From assembly GCA_951406725.2 (NCBI GenBank), contig OX597817.1, positions 50,406,001 to 50,470,000 on the forward strand: a stretch of 64,000 bases of DNA, read 5' to 3'. Source of the stretch: Octopus vulgaris. Its lineage: Eukaryota. The notes beneath the pieces are model-generated. The model ran no database searches, was not told where the DNA came from, and saw only the letters and a list, made by a program, of their open reading frames with translations. Positions 27,271 through 41,915 of the stretch are shown here, piece after piece. The position numbers and the translations under genes were made by a program. Numbering within the stretch: the first letter of the stretch is position 1; each line of letters opens with the position of its first letter.

Positions 27271-27680
27271 CTCTTTTTCTCTTTTACTTGTTTCAGTCAT
27301 TTGACTGTGGCCATGCTGGAGCACCGCCTTTAGTCGAGCAAATCGACCCCAGGACTTATTCTTTGTAAGACTAGTACTTATTATATCAGTCTCTTTAGTC
27401 GAACCGCTATGTTACAGGGACGTAAACACACCAGCATCGGTGTGGGGGACAAACATTCACACACAAACATACACACACGTACACACACACACACACACAC
27501 TGTTATATATATATACATATATACGACGGGCTTCTTTCAGTTTCCGTCTACCAAATCCACTCATAAGGCTTTGGTCGGCCCCAGGCTATAGTAGAAAACA
27601 CTTGCCCAAGGTGCCACGCAGTGGGACTAGACCCCGAACCATGTGGATCGTAAGCAAGCTACTTACCACACAGCCACTCC
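27271..27680 (-). mobile_element. SINE family B
   Basis: Reverse complement of family B. Confidence 0.9.
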
Positions 27681-27944
27681 TATATATATATTCACAAAAG
27701 CAAAAGCGTAGGGGCGTTCGTACCTCCACGACAGCCGCGTGGTTTTTTTCTCTGAAATCAGTTGTTCCCACCAGGGGCCCATATAAAGATTTGGGGTTTA
27801 TATAAAATTTTGTCGTTACATTTTATATAGAAGAAACTGGTTATATTTCAAGAAGCATAAAATATTTGAACAACTTTTTATACAATCCTTAGTAATATTT
27901 AATTGTGTATTACAACGGACTTCCACATACGTTCATGCATACAT

Positions 27945-28151
27945 ACCCTGTCGTTGATGTTGAAATTCCAACGAAGAAGCCTTGGATGCACGTTAGAAAC
28001 CGGTCCTTTCTCTATTGGCAAGGAATCTTGATAAAAGACAGAATAATGACATGCATACATACATACATACATACATATATACATACATACATACATGCAT
28101 ACATACATACATACATACATACACACACACATACATACATACATACATACA

Positions 28152-28185
<34 letters not shown>

Positions 28186-28256
28186 CATACATACATACAT
28201 ACATACATACATACATACATACATACATACATACATACATACATACACACACACAT
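27945..28256 (+). mobile_element. Short retroelement 3' end plus (CATA)n tail
   Basis: Homologous to 19611-19727 and followed by about 200 bp of (CATA)n. Confidence 0.6.
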
Positions 28257-29265
28257 GGAACACATTTTGGATTGTTATGGAAAACTGCAACTCCAAAATG
28301 TCTCAGTATTTCCATATCTGAAATTTGATACCCATTTAATATCTGCTGCCTGTATCCAAGCCATCTGTCATGCCTTTCATGTCTTTCATTATATGCTAAA
28401 ACCGTTGGGCGGGCTATTGGTAGTTCCGGGAGAATTGGTTTTGGTGGTGATGGCGGTTAAACTATTGTCTTTATGATTGAAAGTAATATTTTTTGGCAAT
28501 TATTGGTATGTACGGTTCACTGGATGTGAAGAATAGAATCGCTACAATCTGGTATCGATTTAACATTGGCTTCATCGGTGAAGAACTTGTTAAGAAGTCA
28601 AGCTAATATGAGCCAGACGATGACTGATATACTCACAATCTGATTATATGCCTAAAAATGGAAATAAACAGAAAATATAAAAAATGAACAGCATTAGTAA
28701 TAACACCAAATGTATTAAGAGTAACAGAAACAGCAAAAAATGAAATCTGCAAATATAATGGCCGCCACAAAGTTGCAAACGGTAAAAATAAAAAAACAAC
28801 AAATCAACAGCACAAAAAACAAAGACATACGTAACAGTATCAAGAACTTCACCAATGACAAAGAAAAAAATATAGTAGAATAAAATATTTGAACAACAAC
28901 ACAATAAGAGCATTAAAAATAACAGCATAGCTATAGTGGTTGCAACAAAAGTGCAGCGAATGCAAACGTAGCACCGATATATGAGGAACAACATTGAGAG
29001 ATTGAGAGACGAAAAACAAGTTATAAGTATTTCGTTCTGGTTTGAAATGTTTATGAGGATTTGTATCGTTATTCTCCCACTTATTGTTTCTTTGTTGTAG
29101 TCTTTGCGCGACTAATATGTCAGAGATGATTGATAAACTACGTAAACAGATCATAAATTATAAGCAAAAATAAATAAATACGTAACAACAACAACAACAA
29201 TATTAATAATAATAATGATGATGATGATGATAATAATAGTAATAATAATGATAATAATAATAATG

Positions 29266-29308
<43 letters not shown>

Positions 29309-29378
29309 TGATAACAATAATAAGAATAGTAATAAAGATGATTATATAATGATGATAATAATAATAATAATAATAATT

Positions 29379-29421
<43 letters not shown>

Positions 29422-31248
29422 GAGGGACTCATGAAAACCAAAGACATCCCCATTAGAAGAGGAATATTCCAGGGAGACACGCTCTCTCCACTCCTTTTCT
29501 GCTTGGCACTGTCACCTCTATCTGATATGCTAAATAGAACTGGATGCGGATATAAATGTTACGGCAAAACGATCAGCCACCTTTTATATATGGATGACCT
29601 AAAACTATACGCTGCAAATGACAAACAGCTGGAAACACTATTAAAGACAGTTCATGGATTTACCAAAGAAATAGATATGAAATTTGGATTAGAAAAATGC
29701 GCCAAAGTAACCATGAAAAGAGGAAAACTAGTTAAGAGTAACAACATCACACTAGATAAAACCAATGAAATAAAAGAACTAGACCAAAGCCAAACTTACA
29801 AATACTTAGGAATCCATGAACTAGATAAGACACAACACACACAAATGAAAGAGAAAATAAAAAAAGAATATTATAGACGAGTTAGATCAATACTAAACAC
29901 AGAGCTCAATGCTAAAAACAAGATAATAGGTATCAACACTTTAGCTGTCCCAGTTATAAGTTACAGCTACAATATCCTTAACTGGACACGAAATGAACTG
30001 GCCAAAATAGATAGGAAAACAAGAAAAATAATGACAGGATCTAGGATGCATCACCCAAAATCTGACATAGAAAGACTATATATACAACGTATAGAAGGTG
30101 GTAGAGGCCTTATACAGCTGGAAAACTACTATAAAATAACCACCATAGGACTGCAAAAATATCTACTTCAGAAGGAAGGAAAACTGATCCAGATAGCGGC
30201 AAAACACGAGCAAAACAAAAAACTGTTCTCAGTATTTAAGGAAGCTGACAAATACAAACAAGAAATCATACCACCTAATAAACATGAAGAAGAAGAAGAA
30301 GAAGATGAAGAAACAACAAAAGCTATAAAACAAATGAAATCCAAACTAAAAACAGAACAGCAACGAACCATGATAAAACGATGGCAAGAAAAGCCCCTTC
30401 ATGGTAAATACTGCACTAAACTAAACGCAAAAGAAATAGATAAAGAAAAATCCCAGCAATGGTTGAGAAGCTCAGGACTCAAAGCAGAAACAGAGGGATT
30501 TTTAATTGCAGCACAAGACCAAAGCCTCCCCACCAGAAATTACCAAAAACATGTAATGAAAAGAAATATTACAAGTAACTGCAGAATATGTGGAGATGGA
30601 CAAGAAACAATAAATCATATTATCTCTAGCTGCCCAGTCCTGGCTAAGAAGGAATATATTCACAGACATGACAGAGTTGGAACCTACATACATTGGAAGC
30701 TATGCCAACATTATGGAATAACAACAGAAAAAAGATGGTATAGGCACACACCAGAAAAGGTCACAGAAAACGAGAAAGCAACCATACTCTGGGATATGCC
30801 GATACACACAGATAGAGAAATTAAGGCCAACAGACCAGATATAGTTGTCAGAGATCATGAAGAAAAAAATGCTTTTTAATTGATGTATCAATACCGGCAG
30901 ATGACAACGTGTCTCTAAAAGAAATGGAGAAACTCTCAAAATACAAAGACCTGGAAATAGAGGTAACTAGAATGTGGAATCTGAAAACAGAAACAATTCC
31001 TATCATAGTAGGTGCATTAGGCATGATAAAAAAATATTCAGACAAATACATAACAAAAACACCAGGACTTACAAACACATATAACATACAGAAAATTGCA
31101 TTACTAGGCACTGCCCACATCCTACGCAGAACACATTCCATACAATAACCATCAGAGCATCACAACAAATCACAGCACATACCCAAGGCACACAGAGCTG
31201 CGCTCGGTAGTGAAGTGAAAGCACGCTATAAAAATAAAAATAAAACTA

Positions 31249-31251
<3 letters not shown>
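29422..31251 (+). mobile_element. 5'-truncated R4/Dong-clade non-LTR retrotransposon inserted in (TAA)n
   Basis: RT, CCHC and restriction-like endonuclease coding sequence plus a ~100-bp 3' UTR. Flanked by (TAA)n-rich arrays at 29200-29421 and 31252-31505. Confidence 0.92.
29431..31148 (+). pseudogene. Reverse transcriptase (C-terminal half), CCHC finger and restriction-like endonuclease, with one frameshift
   Basis: RGIFQGDTLSPLLF, HLLYMDDLKLY, KYLG, GGRGL, CRICGDGQETINHIISSC, RHD and RPDIV. The A7 run at 30863-30869 is one base short of continuing into CFLIDV..KEMEKLSKYKDL..TAHILRR*. Confidence 0.92.
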
Positions 31252-31285
<34 letters not shown>

Positions 31286-31303
31286 GTAACAATAATAATA
31301 ATA

Positions 31304-31338
<35 letters not shown>

Positions 31339-31345
31339 AATTGTA

Positions 31346-31390
<45 letters not shown>

Positions 31391-31444
31391 GTAACAATAA
31401 TAATAATAATGATGATGATGATGATGATGATGATGATAATTGTA

Positions 31445-31504
<60 letters not shown>

Positions 31505-31679
31505 TTGATATGCAAATGGGCAGCCACTTTTCACGGAAATGCTAGTTTTTCGACCATCTAATCTGACAACTGTCAACTATTACACCCACCGTCTTAGCGA
31601 ACAAAGAAACTATCAGACAAACCATTCAGACTTGGAATTGTATAAGTAGATGAATGAAATATTCGGCAATAAAGTTATA

Positions 31680-32075
31680 AGCGTGTCTGTGTGGTAAAAC
31701 ATTTTCCCCTCAACGACATGGTTTCGGGTTCAGTCCGTCTGTGTGGCAACTTGGGTAGGTGCCTTCTATAACCTCCGGCAGACCAAAGCCTTGTGAGTGG
31801 AATTGATCGACGAAAACTGAAAGAATCCAATCGTATGTGTGTATGTGTGTGTGTGTGTGTAAGTGTCTGTCCGTCTGTCTTTCTTTTCCACTACTTCTTG
31901 AAACCGGTGGTGTTGATGTGTCTACGTCACCGTAACTTAGCGTTCCGGCAAGTAAGACCGATAGAATAAGTACCAGACTTGAAAACATTTTAGTACTGGG
32001 GTTTATTTGTTCAACTGAAATTTTTCAAGGCGTTGCCCCAGCATCGGCGCAGTCTTATAACTGAAACAAATAAAG
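31680..32075 (+). mobile_element. SINE family B, diverged
   Basis: Recognisable head, body and tail. Confidence 0.8.
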
Positions 32076-32129
32076 ATTTTAAAAAACTAGTCAAATTTTT
32101 ATTAATTTATTAGAAATACGAAAGCGGGA

Positions 32130-32335
32130 ATAAGCCTTGAGGTTTGAAATTTTGCGGGGAATGGATAAATCAATTATATCGACCCACATTGCACAACTTG
32201 TGCTTACTTTATCAACCCCAAAATGATGAAAGTCAAAGTCGACCTCGGATGAATTTGAATTTAGGGCGTAAAGGTGAAAGAAATGTCGCTAAGCACTTTT
32301 TCCAACGCGTTAACCATTCTGCTTGCTTATCCTCT
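32130..32335 (-). mobile_element. SINE family A, diverged
   Basis: ATGAAAGTCAAAGTCGACCTCGGATGAATTTGAA..CGCTAAGCA. Confidence 0.7.
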
Positions 32336-32535
32336 TAGAAAGCGAAAATAAGAACGACAGTAATATACAGAATCATGCAGAGGCAAACATCTGTAAAGAA
32401 GAAAATAAGACACACAGCTTTGACTGTATCTTTTACATACACTTTTTTTTTTCTGTGATTGTTCCTGCTATATGCACCGCTGCAGTTGTGTTGCTACTAT
32501 TATTTCACACAGACACAGACACGCACACAGACACA

Positions 32536-32602
<67 letters not shown>

Positions 32603-33244
32603 TATATTTGGGCTAAACTTGTGGTTTATTAACTTTGGAGTTAGTCTGGCTAGAATAAAATGTTCGACCATAAATAGCAATCTTAAGCAATTTGCGTGAA
32701 AATTCCACTTTCTTATTTCTCCAATAAACCTACCAACAATATCACCTCGGTAGAATTCTATTAGAGTGATAAAACGCAAAGAAATGCCGTTTTGTAGCTG
32801 CTGTGGTTGGCTCTAAGTTTTAATCATATCAACTCAGACATTGGTAGCTACTTGCTTGTCGTGGATCAATTCCTGGTCATTTGTGAGAATAGTCACTGAG
32901 ATCTATGGAAGGGAGATGCTACACGACGTGATCAACTGATATAAATATTTTCGGTAGTTTGAATTAGACAAAACAACAGAGAAATTTCAGCAGGTTTAAA
33001 AAGTCACTAATTGGTCGACGAGAGCCACCGAAGAACTGTGCAATGTTGGATACATCAAATGTGGGATACGTCAATATAATGTAGGATACATCAGGTACAT
33101 AGTTAAGAATATGCATTTCATGTCCGATAATGCACAGGAATAGAGAGAAATTACGTGGCTCCATCATTATAAGAGTCATAGCTCTCCTGATCTGATTCAC
33201 TTACCCTGCAGTGTCTAAGGAAAGCCATCGTAGAAACGGTGGTA

Positions 33245-34430
33245 TATATTGAATATATGTCATTGCGCTTTATGAAGTATTTATAAATCGTTTTTTGCTA
33301 TTTTTATGTAGAGATGGATAATTCGGAAATTCGTACAGTTTTGAAATATGATTTCTTTCTTGTAAATACAGCATCACAGACAGCTCGGAATAATTATGGA
33401 GTATTTTATTCTAATGTTATTACACAGCAGACAGTATCAAATTGGTTTGGAAAATTTCGTTCTGGTAAGTTTGGCCTCACAAATGAGCAACGCGTTCGAC
33501 CAGAAACAAAGGTGGATAATGACAAACTAAAAGCCACCATCGAGTCGGATCCATTTCAAAGTGCCCGTGAATTCTCGTTGCTGTTTGATGTTAACAAGCA
33601 AACAGTATTGACTCACCTATTTCAACTCGGTAAAGTGAAAAATTTGGATACGTGGGTTCCGTATGAACTCAATGAAAATCAGAAACAGCTACGTTTCGAA
33701 GCCTGCATTATGCTACTATCTCATCACAAAAATGAATCATTTTTTAATCGAATTGTGATGAGAAATGGATCCAATACATGTGATGAGAAATAGATCCAAT
33801 ACAACAACCGTTACCATTCAGCAGAATGGTTGAACAAAGACGAGCCACCAAAACACAGTCCAAATAGCAAATTTCATCAAAAGAAGCTGATGGTGTGTGT
33901 TTGGTGGTCTGGTGTAGATGTGATCCATTATGATTTCGTTAAACCTGGCTCATCAATCACGGCCGAAGTATACTGCAGCCAACTGGACCAAATGATGCAG
34001 AAACTTACAAAAAACAGCCTAGATTAGTCAACAGATCCACTCCTATTTTATTACAAGACCACGCCAGACCACACATCGCAAAAATAACATTGGCCAAACT
34101 ACAGGATTTGGAGTTGGAAGTTCTTCATCATCCACCATACTCACCTGATCTTGCCCACATTGACAACCTCTTCTTCCAGAATTTGGATAACTTTTTGATA
34201 GGAAAAACATTTAATTCCAACGATGCTGTAAAACAGTCCTTCCAAGATTTTATTGACTCTAGATTGCCAGGCTTTTACAGTTCCGGGCTGGACAAGCTAC
34301 CACTGAAATGGCAAAAGTGTATTGACAATATGGGTGCATACTTTGATGAATAAAACTATTCCTTGTATTTATAAAACTTTATGAAACTTTTATTTTCTTT
34401 TCTACAAATTTCATACATGACGACCTAATA
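33245..34430 (+). mobile_element. Decayed mariner DNA transposon; right TIR recognisable, left TIR degenerate
   Basis: Transposase remnants. The right end reads ..AAATTTCATACATGACGACCTAA|TA. Confidence 0.85.
33314..34353 (+). pseudogene. Mariner DD34D transposase pseudogene
   Basis: WVPYEL, TCDEK, KKLMVCVWW and LQDHARPH..HPPYSPDLAHID, with 34 residues between the last two Asp. Contains a stop, frameshifts and a 25-bp tandem duplication at 33754-33803. Confidence 0.92.
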
Positions 34431-36012
34431 CAGCATCTCAGGACACGCCTGTTGGTTATGTTTTGCAAATGCACCCTGATTTTCTAAGTAGCTTGTACGT
34501 CAAGTTTTGTACTGCCTGTTTATACGCCTCCATGAAGACAATTTTGTTGAATATACTTTAAATCTTCAATTCTTTTAATAGACTCAATCTCGCATTAATC
34601 ATTTTCGTCAATTTATAGGTGCTTATTTATGTGTAAATACATACACTCTTAGAAGTAGGGTGGGAAAGAAAGAACTAGAGATAAATCGAGAGAGAGAGAG
34701 AGAGAGAATTAGAGAGAGAGAGAGAGAATTAGAGAGAGAGAGAGAATGAGAGAGAGAAAGATAATTTGAGAGAGAGAGAGAGAATTTGAGAGAGAGAGAG
34801 AAACAAATTAGAGAGAGAGATAGGCAAAGATAGTCAGACATATATACCAATATATGCATGTCAGTGCTTGTCTTGTCGATGTTTAACGTTTCTAAATATT
34901 TATGAGTCATTGAGCAGTACCATGTTTCGTAATGTACTTGAATTTCTTGTAAAGTAAGTGTTCTGCGTATTCTTAAACGTCTTCTGGAATACTCCAAGTG
35001 ATATAGCAACCATTTCTGTTCACCTAACTACATGGCTTATTATCTATTGAATTAAATGTGCTGCAGTTCGTAAGAGAACGGTTTGAAATGGCATTCATTT
35101 TCCAAGTTTTATTCGATTCCCATCTTATTACTATGTAACTGTATGAAGAAGCTGAAACAATAAATGTGATCAGGTCTTTTATTATATTGTACGTATTAGG
35201 TTCAATTTTGAATCTGAGGATTCTGAAGAATTCTATTCATTGCTCCTTCATCGTCTACTATCAAGTCGTTTTTGCTATCATTGATTTATTTGCAAATACA
35301 TGCAGTAGTCAAAAGTTTGTAGATACGCTTTCTCTATTAGATGCTTTCGTTGATACACATTGCTGACTGCTTCTTCAAGAATTTCAATTGATTTAGTCCT
35401 ATTAATCGATATCAAACTGTACAGACGTAACAAAGTTCTAATTTCAGATAAGTTCCAGGAATAAAACATGGCAAACTTTATTGTCCCTTTTAGCATTGTA
35501 CATAATTAGGTTTATATTTGGCCCTTTATTACTTTAACCATTTATCGTAGTGCCCAGTTACTGAAACTTATAACTTGCTGACAAACAAACTGACATTATC
35601 ATCAGCTCGTGTCATCTTTCATGTAATAATATTGAAATAACAATATCCATTCAGTAATAATTGTAAGTGACTCAACGGGCAACGAGGTACGACTTACGAT
35701 AAAGGGAGAGCTTGGAAATAAGATTTATAATAATGAGAAGGATCAGGGAGATGAAGACGACGCTGACAATGATTAGAGGTGATATCGTTGAAAGGACTAG
35801 AGGACATATCAAAATGAATGACCTAGAAGTAGAGACATGTTGAATACGAGAAAATGAAGATTAGATAAAGAGTCGATAATAATTAATTTCATAAGAATTA
35901 TGAAAGGAAACAGAGAAATAGCAAATGGTAGCACAGGGAACACCGAAAATACACTACATAATAGAAACAGATTAATAAAAGAGAAAAAACATTACTAGTG
36001 TATACAAACATA

Positions 36013-36890
<878 letters not shown>

Positions 36891-37042
36891 AACAGTGCAT
36901 GCGCGAAATCTACATGTTACGGCATTGAATTGACATTTTAAGAAGTCATAATAGTAATTCTAGGCACAACAAAAACATCAGCAGCATCACCATCATTACC
37001 AAGAACAACAACAACAACAACAAAGACAACAACAGAAGCAGA

Positions 37043-37240
37043 GTGGAGGCGCAATGGCCCAGTGGTTAGGGCAGCGGACTCGCGGTCGTAAGAGCGTGGT
37101 TTCGGTTCCCAGACCGGGCATTGTGAGCGTTTATTGAGTAAAAACACCTAAGCTCCAGGAGACTCCGGCGGGGTGATGGTGGTGAATCCCGCCGTACTTT
37201 TTCACCACAACGTTCTCTCGCTCTTTTTTTCTACTTCTTC
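37043..37240 (+). mobile_element. tRNA(Arg-like)-derived SINE family C, 3'-truncated
   Basis: GTGGAGGCGCAATGGCCCAGTGGTTAGGGCAGCGGACTCGCGGTCG..GGTTTCGGTTCCCAGACCGGG, homologous to 39118 and 59663. Confidence 0.8.
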
Positions 37241-37734
37241 CACAAAGCAGAGGAACCACGGTGTAACCCACTATGGTGTGGTAAACTTTCAGACCCTAGC
37301 CTAGATTGTGAATCCTCTGTACCCCAGGATGGTTCAGCTCTCCACCCGTTAAAAGAAGCCCCCGTTTACGGAATGAGGATAACAATGTAGCTTTCACGCC
37401 CGAACAACTGCCAGTCTATCACGTGTGGTGGGTGGATCTTCAAGTTGCCACATGCATTCTTAGTAGCTTAGAGCAGGCTCGAATTAGAGATTATTCTTTG
37501 TGGCTAATGGCCTGAGTCCTGATTGGAAGAAGAAGAAGACAGCAACAGCAGTAACAATAAAGAACAGCAACAGAAACAGAAGCAGCACAAGCCGCGGCAG
37601 CAACAACACTCATAATGTTTTCAACAAACAAATCTTTCCATTCTGAGGGAAGTGAATTGGACGATACCACTGACCAGTGACCCCCGAGGAAATAAAAGGC
37701 AAAGTTGACCACGATAGCATTAGCACTTAGAATG

Positions 37735-37923
37735 TAAATTTTATCCCTAATAGTGGTTTGGAATTTAACTGTCTTTTCTAGCGTGCAGGTGGTCCTATGA
37801 TGGATACCTCTTTTGTGTTTAAATGTACACTGTATTTATATGAATAATATATAGTCTATTGACTAAAGTTTTTTACACGTTAGGCCACTGGTAATGGAAA
37901 TTTCTAATATTTCAGATTACCCT
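37735..37923 (+). mobile_element. Copy of the 11222-11950 pseudo-LTR family
   Basis: TTATCCCTAATAGTGGTTTGGAATTTAACTGTC..TAGGCCACTGGTAATGGAAA. Confidence 0.7.
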
Positions 37924-37947
37924 TCGATATTATTATTATTATTATCA

Positions 37948-38012
<65 letters not shown>

Positions 38013-39117
38013 GTATATAAGTATGACTCTACACCATCAGTCAAGTGAATCAGGCGAAATAATGCCATAGTGAGACTAATGACACAGGAACGCAACATTA
38101 TCTTAGCAACAGTTATTGTCACTATAATATGAATATATTATTCATTCTATATTATAAATATAGCTATCATTTCTGACACCAGCATAGTAGAAATACTAAT
38201 AAAATGTATCGGTAAAATTTGAGTACTTTTATCGGAGGCAATCGATTATATCATATTGTACCATCTCCTTAATTAGTCTTAAATAAAACTACGGTGTATA
38301 TTGCTCATTAAAGCATGAAAGAATTTGCTATTGAAAGTGTATCTATATGTATGATTTATCAGGCATTTTTTGTAGAAAGTTTTAAAGATATATCATTAAG
38401 GTGTTATAATAAAATCTAATGTATATCATTATTCGTTGTTGAATTTTCAGGATTGGCCAGTAGCAACATTGATGAAATTAAAAAATATTAAAATTATTCG
38501 TTTTTTGTTTTCAGTAGACGGTAGGTGCAGCAGCTTTTAAAGTTTGACATTTTATAAACATTTCTCGCTTTCTCACACTCTCTCCACTCTTCCTCTCTTT
38601 ACACATACACCCGCACCTATATATTTATATTACAATGAAAATACTTATCGTAGAAACGTATAACACACAGATACTCACACATACATTAAATATAAACCAA
38701 AAGTAATTATCGTGAAAATGTAAATTGTAATGTGCCAGGATTCATTAGAATCACCAAAGCATTACATTAATGCATGCTCTAATTCTTAACGCTGTCCTAA
38801 TTACGGAAAACAAACTAGGAATTCATGCTTATCGTGTTTATACAACGCGTTACTTTGCGTGGCCCACTGAACTAAAAGATATGGGAGTCAGATTGATTTA
38901 AATAGATTCGCGTGATACATCGATTTCGCTTTGCAAACGTATTGATTTTTGTGCTTTATAGAGTTTTGTCAATGGTTTTTGATTTTGAAAATGATTAAGA
39001 TTCGACATACGTAGATACGTACCGCACCCCATTAAGGACAATTCTATGTTTCATGCGAAGCATTAACCCTGCAAACTGTAAATCGCCTGCTTCGTATATG
39101 TTCATACGTGATGTATT

Positions 39118-39416
39118 TGGAGGCACAAGGCCTAGTGGTTAGAGCAGCGGACTAGCGGTCAATGATCGCTGGTTCGAATCTCAGACCGAGCGATGTGTGT
39201 GTTTATGAGCGAAGCACCTAAGCTCCAGGCGGCTCCGGCAGGAGGTAATGGCGAACTTCTGCTGACTCTTTCGCCACAACGTTCTCTCACTCTTTCCTCC
39301 TGCATCTTGCAGCTCACATACGACGGGCCGTCGTTCCGTCCAGGTGGGGAACCTATACGCTAAGGAAACCGAAAAACCGGCCCTTATGAGCCAGATGCGA
39401 CTCGAGAAGGAACAAA
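39118..39416 (+). mobile_element. SINE family C, full length, with 14-bp target-site duplication
   Basis: A and B boxes TAGTGGTTAGAGC and GGTTCGAATC. CATACGTGATGTAT occurs at 39103-39116 and 39417-39430. Confidence 0.92.
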
Positions 39417-39984
39417 CATACGTGATGTATGTATGGACACCTACACACAAAAATCAGACGTAGATAGCGTTGTATTTGTTTTATATTTCATGGTCACTCT
39501 CTCGTCAATTTCAACTACGTGTGTTTAAATAAAATATGAAAAGAAAAGAAAAGTGTTTAAAAATAAAAGAAGCTGCATCTATATACGATAGATGCCTGAA
39601 TGTAATGAGTTCAGGGATGGATTTTGCAATGATGTCACATTGACGATTTGGATTTTGATTTTACCTGAGAGTAGGAACATGTGGCTGTTGAATGCAGGAT
39701 ATAATTCTTTTAATGTTCTGCTTCATCAATTCAAATTGTTTTTTATGCATCATGACACATTTTACAGCATGCAGATCTTGTCTAGGCAATTTATTCTGTA
39801 TGCAAAATAATTAACCATTTCTGAGTTCTGTCGTTTTCTTCGATGTAAATATTACGTCAAAAATTAAGAAACCGTTCAATTAGCAATTAAAACTCTGACA
39901 GGCTCGGCAAGATATTGTGATGTACGTTATTTACTTTTATACGTAAGGAAGTTTTTTTTTTTTTAGTTTTTAGACAAGTTTATA

Positions 39985-40400
39985 GGCGCAGGAGTGGCTG
40001 TGTGGTAATTAGCTTGCTAACCAACCACATGGTTCCGGGTTCAGTCCCACTGCATGGCATCTTGGGCAAGTGTCTTCTGCTATAGCCCCGGGCCGACCAA
40101 TGCCTTGTGAATGGATTTGGTAGATGGAAACTGAAAGAAGCCTGTCGTATATATGTATATATATATATGTGTGTGTGTGTGTTTGTATGTCTGTGTTTGT
40201 CCCCCTAGCATTGCTTGACAACCGATGCTGGTGTGTTTACGTCCCCGTCACTTAGCGGTTCGGCAAAAGAGACTGATAGAATAAGTACTGGGCTTACAAA
40301 GACTAAGTCCCGGGGTCGATTTGCTCGACTAAAGGCGGTGCTCCAGCATGGCCGCAGTCAAATGACTGAAACAAGTAAAAGAGAGTAAAAGAGTAAGAGT
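39985..40400 (+). mobile_element. SINE family B, full length and young
   Basis: Very similar to 44519-44961. Confidence 0.92.
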
Positions 40401-40974
40401 AATTAAAAGTACGCCAACGTTTATAGGGTTTCCAAGATCGGCCAAAGGAAAAGATCAGTCCTCAGATAGGAGAACTTTCCCGAATACTTGCAACAGTTTG
40501 TATTCTGCTAAACGTACTGAGCCGAAGGTGCCGCCTGGCGACGGATTAAGTACATCACATTTTAAGTTAATGCAAGAGCGCGCGCACATGCGCACAAACT
40601 CGCAAACACACATACATATACATACGCGCGCACACGCACACACATCTTTATTCAGATGATTGTTACTCTAAAATTTCCTTGATATCTCATTGAATCATCA
40701 CAAAGAATAGTTTATATACAGGACAGATGAGAGGAAAATAGTGAACGCCGTGGGAAACATTATTTTCAAAAGAGAAAATATAGAAAAGAAAGAGAGAGAA
40801 AGAGGGGAAAGTCAGAATGGATTGAACAGAACAGAATAATACACGTGGATGGAAGAGTCGTTGAAGAGGTCATAAATGTGTGACGAAAGATTTTCAGATA
40901 ATGTACATAAGATAAAATTGGAACAATAATAAATGAGTGAAGAATGATTACATAGTGCGCGTGTATATTTGGCT

Positions 40975-41047
<73 letters not shown>

Positions 41048-41345
41048 GTGGAAATTATATCTGTTAAAATGCCTAATTGATGAACACTGTTGTTTATATC
41101 CTCCCTGATAAGATTGATGCATTGATCAACATTATTCATCCTGTCGAAACATGTCGACGATATGAAGATATAAATGATTTAAAAACAGCTTGCTCGTTTG
41201 TCTCCCTTTTCAATTTTCCCTCTTTTCTTCTGAATACGTCTCGCTTCTCCCCAGAATTAACTCCCACACGAATGTGATCATTCATAACTGGGACACTTGA
41301 GCAACCTTGTAATTATTCGCCTGGATCTTTCCTATTGACTGTACA

Positions 41346-41443
<98 letters not shown>

Positions 41444-41527
41444 TATAATAGAGAGAGGGGAACATTTTTTTTCATCGATACACACACACACGCAAATATA
41501 CATGCTTACATACATGCATACATATAT

Positions 41528-41915
41528 AGTGGCTGTGTGGCAAGTAGCTTGTTTACGAACCACATGGTTCCGGGTTCAATCACACTGTGTGGCACCTTGG
41601 ACAAGTGTCTTCTACTATAGCGTCGGGCCGACCAAATCTTTGTGAGTGGATTTGGTAGACGGAAACTGAAAGAAGCCCATCGTATATATGTGTATATATA
41701 TATGTGTGTGTGTGTGAGTGTGTGTGTGTTTGTCTGTGTTTGTCCCCCACCATCGCTTGACAACCGATGGTGGCGTGTCTACCTCCCCGTAGACACGCCA
41801 CCGATATACTACGTACTAGACTTACAAAGAATAAGTCCTGGGGTCGATTTGTTCGACCAAACGCGTCACTCCAGCATGGCAGCAGTGAAATGACTGAAAC
41901 ATATAAAAGAATAAA
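41528..41915 (+). mobile_element. SINE family B
   Basis: Family B match with a small internal rearrangement near 41770-41810. Confidence 0.88.

Noticed and set aside
38495-38530. Possible microexon (TTTTTTGTTTTCAG-TAGACG-GTAGGT)
   Set aside because: Such splice-like motifs arise by chance in AT-rich DNA, and there is no supporting gene context.
37043-39200. tRNA-like sequences as real tRNA genes (also 8130-8208 and 59865-59939)
   Set aside because: They continue into SINE bodies, some with TSDs, and lack a clean acceptor stem.
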